Part shown: one piece after another, positions 1 through 9,464 of the stretch
How positions within the stretch are numbered: position 1 is the first letter of the stretch
Layout of the letters: every line of letters starts with the position of its first letter
NCBI GenBank assembly: GCA_030629005.1
Contig: DAOVPV010000001.1
Location: 130,429-194,428 of the forward strand
Direction of reading: 5' to 3'
DNA length: 64,000 nucleotides
Source: a bacterium
Lineage (GTDB): Bacteria > Babelota > Babeliae > Babelales > UASB340
Position numbers and translations under genes: made by a program
Notes under the pieces: model-generated
Told to the model about the DNA's origin: nothing
Databases searched by the model: none
Seen by the model: only the letters and a program-made list of their open reading frames with translations

Positions 1-2542
1 TCTTATTTTTCTCTTTAAGCCCCGCTACAAATCTACGTCGTCCCATAAGAGTTTTAACAAACCCATCATGCTTTGCCTGCTCTATTGTGTCATTTATCCA
101 CGCAGCAACACTATTGTACGTCTCAAAATACTTATCAATATATTCTTTTGCAACAGAAAGTTTTATCCCTAAGTCTTTGGATAATCCGAATGGCGTAAGG
201 CCATAAATAATACTAAAGTTAATTTTTTTACCAACCTGTCGCTGTTCTTTTGTAACATCTTCTATATCAACATCGAAAAGCTGACTAGCCGTCCTAGCAT
301 GAACATCCTCATCAGCCTTAAACGCTTTAACTAAAGTTTTATCGTTACTCATATGGGCCAATACACGCAACTCCACCTGTGAATAGTCCGCAGCTAAAAA
401 TGTTTTATCCTTATCTGCAACAAACGCTGATCGTATTTTTATTCCGTGCTCAGAAGTAACAGGAATATTCTGCAAATTAGGATTTGAGCTAGAAAGCCGA
501 CCCGTCGCGGCCATGGTTTGACTAAAAGAAGTATGAACTCGCCCTGTTCTTTGGTTGATTTCATTTATTAAAGAACCAACATAGGTACTTAATAATTTAG
601 CCAACTCTCTATATTTTAAAATTAAACCTGGAATTGGATGCGCATTGCTCAAGGCTTCTAAAACCTCTTGCCCTGTTCCACGCGCTCCCTTAAAGGTTTT
701 TTTTACTACCGGTAACTTTAAACCATCAAACAAAAGTCCTTGAACCTGTTGAGGCGAATTTAAATTTATATTTAGGTATTTACTTCCAACGGCAACCTCA
801 ATCTGACCTAAAATTTTTTGCTTAACAATTTTTAAATCTTCTTTTATTTCTTCACCAATTTTTTTTAATTTTCTAGAATCAAGCTTTATGCCAAATAATT
901 CCATATCAAACAAGACAAACATTAATGGCATTTCTAATTTAATAAAAATATTATAAAGCTCTTTCTCCTTTTTTAACTTTGGTTCTAAAACATTTTTTAA
1001 CTTAAAGGTTTGTAATGCATCATACGCAGCATATTCACTTGCGGAAGAAACAGGAACCTGTTTAAATGTTTTATACTTATTAAGCACCTGCTCAAATGTA
1101 TTCATAGGCTCACCAAGATATTTTGCAGAAAGAAACTTAAGATTAATTTTATCACCTTCTTCTCTTAGTAAACCAGCAGCAATTAAAGTATCAAAAGTTA
1201 CATTAATAATATCTACGTCATATTGCTTAAAAACTAATAAATCAAATTTGGCATTATGAAGAACTTTTTTAATTTTTTTATTTTGAAAAACAGGTTTTAA
1301 TAATTCTAAACATTCAATTCGATCCAATTGTTCTATAGAATCATCTTCATGAACAAGAGGAATGTAATAAGCATTTTTATTATCAAAAGCAAAAGAAATG
1401 CCAACCAACTCATTTTTTAGCGGTCGAATACCAGTTGTTTCAGTATCTATAGCAATCTCATCCGACTGTTTTAATTTATCAATTAAATCTTCTAGCTGCT
1501 CCTTTGTAATAACAGTGTGACAATCCCAGCCTTTTTCATGCACCTGATTTTTATCAACACTTTGTTGAATTGCCGGTTCTTTAGTTTTTTTAGGAGCTCC
1601 GCCAAACAAAGAAAGTTGCACTTCTCCAGCTGATTTTATTTTTTTTGTATAACCATAAATTCTTTTTTCAACCTCTGCTTGTCCAAACTTCCTTTTTAAT
1701 TCAGTTAACAATGATTTAAATTCCAATTCATTAAAAAGATTTGCAGCATTTACATAATTATTTTTATCAAATACAAGGTCTATTTCACTTAAACCAAGAT
1801 CATAGTACTTTAACAAAAATAATTTTAAACTTAGAAACGCATTATCTTTATTTTCGTGTAAAAGGTTTCTTGTCCTATCTTTTTTTACATTATCCAAGTT
1901 TTTATAAAGATCATCTAAAGAATCAAACTGATTTACCAAATCCAACGCAGTTTTTTTACCAATTCCATAAACACCGGGAATATTATCGGATGTATCACCT
2001 AATAAAGAATAAAAAAATGGAACCTTTTCAGGACCCATCCCTTTATTTTTCGTAAAACTCTCTTTATCTATTATCTCTTCTTTAAATGGATCATAAATTA
2101 TAATTTTATCAGATAATAACTGATATAAATCTTTATCAGGCCCAACAATTACAACCTGTTCTCCTTTATAATCTTGAGCCATAGAACCAATAAGATCATC
2201 CGCTTCGTAACCTGTTTTCGAAATTTGTTTTAAATTTATTAAATCCAAAAATTTAATAATTTGCTCTTTTTGAACAAAAAGATCCGATGGCGGGGCCTGC
2301 CTAGTCGCTTTATAAGCTTCATAAATTTCTGATCGGAACGTTTTACCTTTAACATCCCAAACCACAGCAAAATTTTGAGGATCAAAAATATCCATTAACC
2401 TTTTTATAGTACGACAAAAACCATACACAGCCTGCACGCCTAAACCCGAAGATATTTTTAATGGACGCAGCCCATAATATGATCTATACAAAATATAAGA
2501 ACCATCAACTAAAAATAAAGCATTCTTTTTAACTCTATGCAC
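1..2542 (-). CDS. polA: DNA polymerase I (5'-3' exo, 3'-5' exo and polymerase domains); C-terminus lies beyond the window start
   Basis: My own minus-strand translation from GTG at 2542 (in-frame TAA at 2572, AAGAG upstream). It gives VHRVKKNALFLVDGSYILYRSYYG...YEADDLIGS (5' nuclease), AIDTETTG (3'-5' exo), and NLQNIPV...DYSQVELRVLAH...QRQVGKKINFSIIYG (pol motifs). Not in the ORF track because the stop lies outside the window. Confidence 0.9.
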   Translation of the reverse strand, partial: MHRVKKNALFLVDGSYILYRSYYGLRPLKISSGLGVQAVYGFCRTIKRLMDIFDPQNFAVVWDVKGKTFRSEIYEAYKATRQAPPSDLFVQKEQIIKFLDLINLKQISKTGYEADDLIGSMAQDYKGEQVVIVGPDKDLYQLLSDKIIIYDPFKEEIIDKESFTKNKGMGPEKVPFFYSLLGDTSDNIPGVYGIGKKTALDLVNQFDSLDDLYKNLDNVKKDRTRNLLHENKDNAFLSLKLFLLKYYDLGLSEIDLVFDKNNYVNAANLFNELEFKSLLTELKRKFGQAEVEKRIYGYTKKIKSAGEVQLSLFGGAPKKTKEPAIQQSVDKNQVHEKGWDCHTVITKEQLEDLIDKLKQSDEIAIDTETTGIRPLKNELVGISFAFDNKNAYYIPLVHEDDSIEQLDRIECLELLKPVFQNKKIKKVLHNAKFDLLVFKQYDVDIINVTFDTLIAAGLLREEGDKINLKFLSAKYLGEPMNTFEQVLNKYKTFKQVPVSSASEYAAYDALQTFKLKNVLEPKLKKEKELYNIFIKLEMPLMFVLFDMELFGIKLDSRKLKKIGEEIKEDLKIVKQKILGQIEVAVGSKYLNINLNSPQQVQGLLFDGLKLPVVKKTFKGARGTGQEVLEALSNAHPIPGLILKYRELAKLLSTYVGSLINEINQRTGRVHTSFSQTMAATGRLSSSNPNLQNIPVTSEHGIKIRSAFVADKDKTFLAADYSQVELRVLAHMSNDKTLVKAFKADEDVHARTASQLFDVDIEDVTKEQRQVGKKINFSIIYGLTPFGLSKDLGIKLSVAKEYIDKYFETYNSVAAWINDTIEQAKHDGFVKTLMGRRRFVAGLKEKNK

Positions 2543-2702
2543 TTTTAAACTCTTTTTTAAATATTTACATTAATACATACAAAAACAGTACTATTATTTT
2601 ATAAAATAATAAAATTTTAAATTTTTTGATCAAAAACAAGAAAAATACTATTTTAATTTATCTACAAAAAAACAACCAATTTAACAATAGGTAAAATATT
2701 TT

Positions 2703-3125
2703 ATGAAAATATTAGCATTAGATCTTGGTGACAAATGGGTTGGCTCTGCAATTTCTGATTTCTTAGGAATTACGTGCAGGCCATATAAAACAGTAGAATT
2801 AGACAAACTAGAACCATTTTTAGAAAAAACAATCAAAGAAGAAGAAATTGACACAGTTGTCATTGGTAAACCAACAACTCTTAGCGGACAAGAAAGTGAA
2901 CAAACAAAAAAAACAATCCTAATGGCTTCTGAATTAGAAAATAAAATAAATCCCAAATTTAATAATAACATAAAATGGGTGTTATGGGACGAACGACTAA
3001 GTAGCAAACGAGCAGAAAGTTTAAGTACAAAAAAAAGAAAAACTAAAGAAGAAAAAATTAAAAGCCACTCTGTAGCCGCAGCTTTCATATTACAAACATA
3101 TCTAGATAGAATATCTTTTAAATAA
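2703..3125 (+). CDS. ruvX: YqgF/RuvX-like putative pre-16S rRNA nuclease (Holliday junction resolvase-like)
   Basis: MKILALDLGDKWVGSAISD N-terminus and VVIGKPTTLSGQES motif, about 140 aa. Typical of the YqgF family. Confidence 0.85.
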   Translation: MKILALDLGDKWVGSAISDFLGITCRPYKTVELDKLEPFLEKTIKEEEIDTVVIGKPTTLSGQESEQTKKTILMASELENKINPKFNNNIKWVLWDERLSSKRAESLSTKKRKTKEEKIKSHSVAAAFILQTYLDRISFK

Positions 3126-3266
3126 TTTTTCAGAATCTTTTACAATTGAAAAAAAAAATGTTTATATTATAAAAATTAGGATAAGAGGAAAATTGTAAAA
3201 ACCGCAAAATTGTTGTGTTAATTTAATGTAAACAAATTAACATGGGGATTTTTTCGTTTCTTTGCA

Positions 3267-3274
3267 AAGGAGGG
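3267..3274 (+). promoter_or_regulatory. Shine-Dalgarno sequence AAGGAGGG for the small zinc-ribbon ORF
   Basis: AAGGAGGG lies 6 nt upstream of the ATG at 3281. Confidence 0.6.
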
Positions 3275-3280
3275 AAATAA

Positions 3281-3463
3281 ATGAAGTGTCCGAAATGTGA
3301 CGGATTGATGGTAATGCAATCTTTCTTTGACCACTTCATAAATTTTGAAGGTTGGAAGTGCCTTAACTGCGGTAAAGTTATAGAAAAAAAAGAAAATACT
3401 ATAAAAGATGACGTTTTTGGTCTCTTTTATCAAAAACAAAAACTAAAAAAACACAATTCCTAA
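3281..3463 (+). CDS. Small zinc-ribbon protein (CxxC...CxxC), function unknown
   Basis: 60 aa with CPKC and CLNC pairs. Strong SD upstream, and it ends 5 nt before tsaB. Confidence 0.55.
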   Translation: MKCPKCDGLMVMQSFFDHFINFEGWKCLNCGKVIEKKENTIKDDVFGLFYQKQKLKKHNS

Positions 3464-3468
3464 CTCTT

Positions 3469-4224
3469 ATGAATAATACTTTTTTCTTAGCGATTCAAGG
3501 CAGTCACTCTGCTCTAGATATTTCTCTTTATAACGATTCTAAGCTTATAAACAATCAAACTGAAGATAATTTTAAAGCAAGCTCTAAACTAATCCCAATA
3601 ATTAAAGACTTGTTAAACAAAAACAATCTTGTTTTGGACGATTTAAGTTTTATTGCTATAGATCAAGGCCCCGGCGCCTTTACATCCCTGCGCGTAACAA
3701 TAGCAACAGTCAATGGACTAGCTTTTGCCGGCAAAATTCCATTAATTGGAATAGATGGTCTAGAATCATTATCCCAACAAAGTTCAAATAATTTGGATAA
3801 AAATCAAAGTTTTGATTTGTTAATAACACTTCTAAATGCCTATAATAACGACGTTTATTTTAAAATAAATAAAATTTCTGATAATAAATTAATTGATATT
3901 CAAAATGATTTCGAAGAAAAAAAATATATAAAAATAGATTTATTGCTCAATTATTTAAAAGAAAATTTCACTAATAAAAAAATTGTTTTCACAGGCAATG
4001 GAGTAAATCTTCACAAAGATTTAATATTAGAGAAATTACAAAACTCCTGCAATGTCTCATTTTTAGATATAACAAATTCAAATTCAGAACAAATCGCAAA
4101 AATGGCTTTGGATGTATGGAAGAAACATTTAATGTTATGGAAAAACGATAAAGATAAAATTAACTTTAAGCTTCAACCTTTATATTTAAAGTCTCAAAAT
4201 TTTACCATTCAATCTAAAAAGTAA
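3469..4224 (+). CDS. tsaB: tRNA t6A biosynthesis protein TsaB-like
   Basis: IAIDQGPGAFTSLRVTIATVNGLAF matches the TsaB GPGSFTGLR signature. Length about 250 aa. Confidence 0.75.
   Translation: MNNTFFLAIQGSHSALDISLYNDSKLINNQTEDNFKASSKLIPIIKDLLNKNNLVLDDLSFIAIDQGPGAFTSLRVTIATVNGLAFAGKIPLIGIDGLESLSQQSSNNLDKNQSFDLLITLLNAYNNDVYFKINKISDNKLIDIQNDFEEKKYIKIDLLLNYLKENFTNKKIVFTGNGVNLHKDLILEKLQNSCNVSFLDITNSNSEQIAKMALDVWKKHLMLWKNDKDKINFKLQPLYLKSQNFTIQSKK
4116..4136 (+). repeat. 21-nt dispersed motif copy (ATGGAAGAAACATTTAATGTT, 19/21)
   Basis: Read directly from the sequence. Inside tsaB, sense, coding KKHLML. Confidence 0.85.
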
Positions 4225-4236
4225 AACCAGCCTTTT

Positions 4237-5022
4237 TTACCTAAAAAGACTTCTAAACATACCAAGCCCCAAAGCTACAGCATGCTCAGCTCGTAATATT
4301 GTTGTCGTTAAAGAAACAGAATTAAATTTGTTTTCTTTTAAAAGGTTAACTTCTAAATCTGTAAAGCCGCCCTCTGGTCCAAAAAACAAAACGATTTTAT
4401 TGTTTTTACAATCATCCAACTCTGAAATAAGACTTGTTATAACTTGACCGTCTAAATCGAAAAATATTTTATGAATATTAGAACTATCAAATTCTGTTAA
4501 AAAATTAGAAAAAGAAATTGGTGCACAAATCTCTGGTAAAACAAAATTCTTAGACTGCTCACAAGCAGCAATCATAATTTTTTTTAATCTAGATCTTTCT
4601 TGTTCAAAGTTAAACTTACTATAAGATTTATGCGCAACTATCGGCAAAATCTTTGTAGCACCCATAGCCGCAGCGCTGTAAACAATTTCTTCTAATGCCT
4701 GTCTTTTTACAACACTAGGACATAAAATTATTTCTGGATATATTTTTTTATTCTCATTTTTTTCTAAGATTTTAAAATAGATAGTTTTATTATTTTTAAA
4801 CGTTTGCTCTAATAGCTCGATCTTAATATTAAAATTGTCATCAAAAAGAATTACCTTATTGTCTAACTTATTTAATCTCAAGACTTGAGTAACACGAGTA
4901 TGTATTGCTTTGTTTTTTATTTCTAATACAGAATTTTGGATAAGGTCACTCAGATAATCGGAAAAAACATTTAATGTTCTAAATAAATCTTCTAAATAAA
5001 TAGAAAATATATGTTTACTCAT
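4237..5022 (-). CDS. rsmE: 16S rRNA (uracil1498-N3)-methyltransferase RsmE
   Basis: C-terminal GPEGGFTDLEV...LRAEHA motif typical of the RsmE SPOUT fold. Confidence 0.8.
   Translation of the reverse strand: MSKHIFSIYLEDLFRTLNVFSDYLSDLIQNSVLEIKNKAIHTRVTQVLRLNKLDNKVILFDDNFNIKIELLEQTFKNNKTIYFKILEKNENKKIYPEIILCPSVVKRQALEEIVYSAAAMGATKILPIVAHKSYSKFNFEQERSRLKKIMIAACEQSKNFVLPEICAPISFSNFLTEFDSSNIHKIFFDLDGQVITSLISELDDCKNNKIVLFFGPEGGFTDLEVNLLKENKFNSVSLTTTILRAEHAVALGLGMFRSLFR
4958..4978 (+). repeat. 21-nt dispersed motif copy (TCGGAAAAAACATTTAATGTT, 20/21)
   Basis: Inside rsmE, antisense to the gene (codes RTLNVFSD). Confidence 0.85.
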
Positions 5023-5042
5023 AATTTATATTATTTTTTCTC

Positions 5043-5528
5043 TTATGAATTTTTTTGAAAATATAACTTATAAGCTAAACAACTAAGGCCAACAGTTGCA
5101 AAAGAACTTGTAGCTAAAATGTAACTCTTTGTATTTTCTTTTAAGTGGCCTTTTAATACACCAGATAAAAGTTCATATTTATCTTTTACTGTTAAATCAG
5201 GCTCACTAAGTAAAAAATACAACTGCAACATACCTTCTTTTAACTTCGTAAACTTAGATAGACCATCTTGCTTTTTTACAATTTCAATACTTTGAGTTCC
5301 CTGCCCAAATTTATTATCTAATTCACTCAAGGCTGACTCAAATTCACTTAAATCAAAATCATCTAAACCAGAATCTTGATCTAAATCAAAATCTTCTACA
5401 AGCTCAGGAATATTTTCTTTAACAATTTCCGATTCAACAACAGCTGTACAATCTTGAGCATTAGCAAAGTTAAATATCAAACCAGAAATTGCAAAAGTCA
5501 TTAATATTAAAAAATTCTTTTTAAACAT
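5043..5528 (-). CDS. Hypothetical secreted acidic protein with a C-terminal hydrophobic anchor
   Basis: N-terminal signal-like segment, D/E-rich stretch (DFDLDQDSGLDDFDLSEFE), hydrophobic C-terminus. No family recognised. Confidence 0.4.
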   Translation of the reverse strand: MFKKNFLILMTFAISGLIFNFANAQDCTAVVESEIVKENIPELVEDFDLDQDSGLDDFDLSEFESALSELDNKFGQGTQSIEIVKKQDGLSKFTKLKEGMLQLYFLLSEPDLTVKDKYELLSGVLKGHLKENTKSYILATSSFATVGLSCLAYKLYFQKNS

Positions 5529-5613
5529 AATAAATTCCTTTAACCTAAAACTTAAATCAACAATAATATTTTAAACCAAATTAAGGTTATTGTAAAAAGG
5601 CAGAGAGAACATA

Positions 5614-7194
5614 ATGAATAAAATAAACGCAAAATCACCCATTTTTTTAATCATTTTAGATGGTTTTGGATATAAAAAGCAAAAAAGTGGCAATGCCGTA
5701 GCAGCATCAAATATGCCATTCTGGCAACATTTAATTAAAAAGTATAAATCAACATTACTATCTGCATCAGAAACCGCTGTTGGACTATTACCTGGATATA
5801 TTGGAAATTCAGAAGTCGGACACCTTACAATCGGTGCTGGTAGAATAATAAAGTCTGTTTTAATTAGATTTAAAGAAGAAATTGATAATAAAAGATTTTT
5901 TAAAAACAAAACTTTAATTAAAAATTTTAAAAAACTAAAAGACAACAACTCTTTGCATATTATTGGACTGCTATCTGACGGTGGAGTTCATAGTCACGAA
6001 TTCCAGCTACATGCATTATTAGAATTAGCAAAAAAGCAAAATATTAAAAATGTTTATATTCATGCAATATTAGATGGTAGAGATGTGCCACCAGAAAGCG
6101 CTGCTAAGTATTTAAAAAAACTAAACTCTGCTTGTAAAAAAATTAAAGTTGGCAAAATTGCATCTATTCATGGCCGATTTTATGCAATGGACAGAGACAA
6201 CAATTGGACAAGAACTAGGCAAAGTTACAACGTTTTATGTAATCCAAGAATAAAAGAATCCAAATTTAAAACTTGGCAAGAATTGCTCAAAGATTCCTAT
6301 AAAAAAAAGATTACTGATGAATTTATAAAACCAACTCTTTTAATAAAACAAGGACAAATCAAAAAAGGCGATGGCGTTATTTTTTACAATTTTAGGCCAG
6401 ACAGAGCCAGACAACTTACCGAGTCTTTTATAAATCCTAATTTTGTAGAATTTAAAACACAAGATTTGAACTCTACAAAAAAAACTCTCACATTTTTTAT
6501 TAGTACCACAAGATATAAAGATGAATTTAAAAAATTTAACAATGACATTTTATTTGAACGAGAAATCATTAAAAACACCCTCTTTGACGAACTAGCAAAA
6601 CAAAAATTTAAAACATTTGCGATAGCAGAAACAGAAAAATATGCGCATGTTACTTACTTTTTTAGAGGCATGCAAGAAGGCAAGCTTAAAAACGAAAAAT
6701 TCGAACTAATTCCATCTATTAAAACAAAAAATTATATCGACTATCCAGAAATGTCCGCAGATAAAATAACAAAAAAAATACTGCTATCTTTAAAAAAAGA
6801 TCCCGCTGATTTTTATTTAGTAAACTATGCTAATGCAGATATGGTGGGACATTCTGGAAATTTCAAAGCTACAATTAAAGCCTGCGAATGTTTAGACAAA
6901 CAATTAGAAAAATTATACAAAGCTGTTGTTCAAGATAAAAACGGCACATTATTTATAACAGCAGATCATGGTAATGCGGAAGAAATGTTAGATTTAAAAA
7001 CAAAGACACCTAAAACTTCTCATACAACAAACCCTGTTATTTTTATAAAGGTAGGTAAAGGATTTGAAAAAAAAGAAACTAAACTTCCCAAATATACTAA
7101 ACCAAAATATGGTTTATCTAATATCGCACCAACAATTCTTAAATATTTCGGGCTCAAAATACCTAAAAATATGAATAAAAAAACTATAAATTAA
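5614..7194 (+). CDS. gpmI: 2,3-bisphosphoglycerate-independent phosphoglycerate mutase
   Basis: ILDGFG...GNSEVGHLTIGAGR...DGGVHSH...NYANADMVGHSG...TADHGNAE motifs. Confidence 0.9.
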   Translation: MNKINAKSPIFLIILDGFGYKKQKSGNAVAASNMPFWQHLIKKYKSTLLSASETAVGLLPGYIGNSEVGHLTIGAGRIIKSVLIRFKEEIDNKRFFKNKTLIKNFKKLKDNNSLHIIGLLSDGGVHSHEFQLHALLELAKKQNIKNVYIHAILDGRDVPPESAAKYLKKLNSACKKIKVGKIASIHGRFYAMDRDNNWTRTRQSYNVLCNPRIKESKFKTWQELLKDSYKKKITDEFIKPTLLIKQGQIKKGDGVIFYNFRPDRARQLTESFINPNFVEFKTQDLNSTKKTLTFFISTTRYKDEFKKFNNDILFEREIIKNTLFDELAKQKFKTFAIAETEKYAHVTYFFRGMQEGKLKNEKFELIPSIKTKNYIDYPEMSADKITKKILLSLKKDPADFYLVNYANADMVGHSGNFKATIKACECLDKQLEKLYKAVVQDKNGTLFITADHGNAEEMLDLKTKTPKTSHTTNPVIFIKVGKGFEKKETKLPKYTKPKYGLSNIAPTILKYFGLKIPKNMNKKTIN

Positions 7195-7336
7195 CAAAAA
7201 AACTTTTAAAAAGCCTATTTTCTGCTATTTTACAGATTCCCTGTTTGTATTATTTGATTCTTTTGAATAAAATAATCCTATTAGAAAGTATTCTAATGGT
7301 GAAAGTAGTATATTTACACAATTAATAGGTTATTTT

Positions 7337-8455
7337 ATGTTTATTAAAAAAATTAAAAATTTGCTAATTATAATGTTATTGGCTTTTTGCCAACCTGTTT
7401 TGTATTCAATGCAACAAGAAACAACTATTACAAAATACAGGACAGAATATCCTGTTTTCGAAGATACTCTTCAGCAAAATGCTATTACACTTATAAAAAT
7501 AATTAGCAAAAATGGTGCAGAAAAATTAGTTTGTGAAGTTCAATTTGAACAAAAAACAAAAAACGGGGGCCGAACAATCAATGCAGCATGTTCTTACTTT
7601 AGACCATACATAATAAAAGATAAAAAACGACTTTATTTTGATCCAAAAGATAACTCTAATCTATTCGCAAAAGAGTTAAATTTTATTAAAAGTGCTGAAA
7701 AATGCCCTAACATAATTTCATATATAGCTCATATAAATATACCAGAAACGCAAACTTATTGTATTCTATCAGAATTAGCAAAAACAGATTTAAACTCTTA
7801 TATATTTAAAAATGAATTTGAATTAAACAAATCATTTGAAACTAAATTAAATATAGCAATAGACTCAATAAGCGGAATCTTGTACATGCATAATCAAAAG
7901 AAAGTGCATAGAGATATAAAGCCAGCTAATATGGTTTTAGTTATAAATGAAAGTGGAACCATTACTGCAAAATTGATTGATTTTACATTTTTTAAAGAAA
8001 TCCCTCCAGGCGAAACATGCATTTTAACAAAAGAATTTATGGGAAGTTTTGAATTTACAGCCCCAGAAAATATAATTCAACAAGCAAACAGAAATTATCT
8101 AACAATATCTGAAGCAAATGATATTTATGCCTTTGGTGTAACACTTTATATGCTTTTTTATGAAAAGCCTTTTGACCAAGAATTAAAAGATATATTTGCA
8201 GAACAAAATAGCCTTGACCCCAAAAAAGTAACTTTTAAAAATAGAAAATATCATAATTTTTACTTTGACCAATTAATAAATGAAAATTGGAAACCTCAAC
8301 TTAACGATTCTTTAGTACATCCAACAATAAACAAAATTATATCTGATTGTTGGAATCCTGATCCAACGAGACGTCCAAGGGCAAGAATTATTTTAGACAA
8401 ATTAAACATTTTAAAAAAAATATTAAAGTCAGATGAAAAAGAAACTGAAATATAA
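7337..8455 (+). CDS. Eukaryotic-like Ser/Thr protein kinase with N-terminal signal peptide
   Basis: HRDIKPANMVL catalytic loop, DFT (DFG-like), TAPE (APE) and a downstream DIYAFGV motif. Hydrophobic N-terminus. Confidence 0.75.
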   Translation: MFIKKIKNLLIIMLLAFCQPVLYSMQQETTITKYRTEYPVFEDTLQQNAITLIKIISKNGAEKLVCEVQFEQKTKNGGRTINAACSYFRPYIIKDKKRLYFDPKDNSNLFAKELNFIKSAEKCPNIISYIAHINIPETQTYCILSELAKTDLNSYIFKNEFELNKSFETKLNIAIDSISGILYMHNQKKVHRDIKPANMVLVINESGTITAKLIDFTFFKEIPPGETCILTKEFMGSFEFTAPENIIQQANRNYLTISEANDIYAFGVTLYMLFYEKPFDQELKDIFAEQNSLDPKKVTFKNRKYHNFYFDQLINENWKPQLNDSLVHPTINKIISDCWNPDPTRRPRARIILDKLNILKKILKSDEKETEI

Positions 8456-8462
8456 ATTCTAC

Positions 8463-9464
8463 TTAAAATTGTTTTAATTCAAACAACCCTAAATTTCTTT
8501 CTACCATAGAAGCTGCATTATAAACTTGATGAGATGTATAACTGGTTTTTAACGGAAAAATGAAACTCTTTTTGCCAAAAAATTCTAATTCAAACAAAGT
8601 ACCAGCTCCTGCACGAGCAAATACAAGATCAGCAAGTAAATAATAATCTTTTATATTTTGTTTATAGTCAAACACTATAGCCGGAATATTTAATCTCTTA
8701 TAAAAAGAAAACCAATCTGTTTTATCCAAAGTACCAGTCTGATGGATTACTTGAATATTATTTGAATTATTCTCTTGTTCTAACCAAACATTAAAATAAC
8801 TATTCAAAGAAATTGAACCTTGAGAGCCACCCAATATTAGTATAGTTCTTTTATCCAATTCAAAATTAACTTTATCTTGATTATTTATTTTTAAAATTAA
8901 AGCATCTTTATCAAAAACTTTATCTTGCTGAGAATATCTTAATGGATAATTTTTAACAAAAATTTTGTTTTGAATCTTTTTACCAAAATATTCTTTAGTT
9001 TCTTCAAAAACGATATCTATTCGTGTAGCTATATTTTGTAAAAACTTTATAGCTTTCCCAGGAACAACGTTTAGTTCATGCAAAATAATTTCGCTTTTAT
9101 AAATTCTAGCAATAAAACAAACAGGTATAGCCAAATACCCTCCAGTCGTAATAACACTTACAGAATCATACTTTTTAATTAAAAATATCGTTTTAAAAAA
9201 ACAATAAATAAGCTGATAAACAAACTTAGGATATCCCAATATCTTTTGACCTGGAAATTTAGATAAATTTAAATATATCTTTTGATCTATAAAGTTATTA
9301 TTTTCTAAAATATTTTTATCTAAATTCTTAGTACCAGTTAAAAAAATAACTTTACCGAAATTTGCTTCTTTCCATTTTTTTGCAAGCATTAAAGCAGGCA
9401 AAATATGCCCGCCAGAACCTGAAGCTACAACGAATAGTGTTTTATTTCTTTTCATAAATATCAA
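8463..9464 (-). CDS. murG: UDP-GlcNAc:lipid I N-acetylglucosaminyltransferase MurG
   Basis: ASGSGGHILPAL N-terminal motif, GGSQGS, and the C-terminal ARAGAGTLFE motif. Confidence 0.85.
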   Translation of the reverse strand: MIFMKRNKTLFVVASGSGGHILPALMLAKKWKEANFGKVIFLTGTKNLDKNILENNNFIDQKIYLNLSKFPGQKILGYPKFVYQLIYCFFKTIFLIKKYDSVSVITTGGYLAIPVCFIARIYKSEIILHELNVVPGKAIKFLQNIATRIDIVFEETKEYFGKKIQNKIFVKNYPLRYSQQDKVFDKDALILKINNQDKVNFELDKRTILILGGSQGSISLNSYFNVWLEQENNSNNIQVIHQTGTLDKTDWFSFYKRLNIPAIVFDYKQNIKDYYLLADLVFARAGAGTLFELEFFGKKSFIFPLKTSYTSHQVYNAASMVERNLGLFELKQF

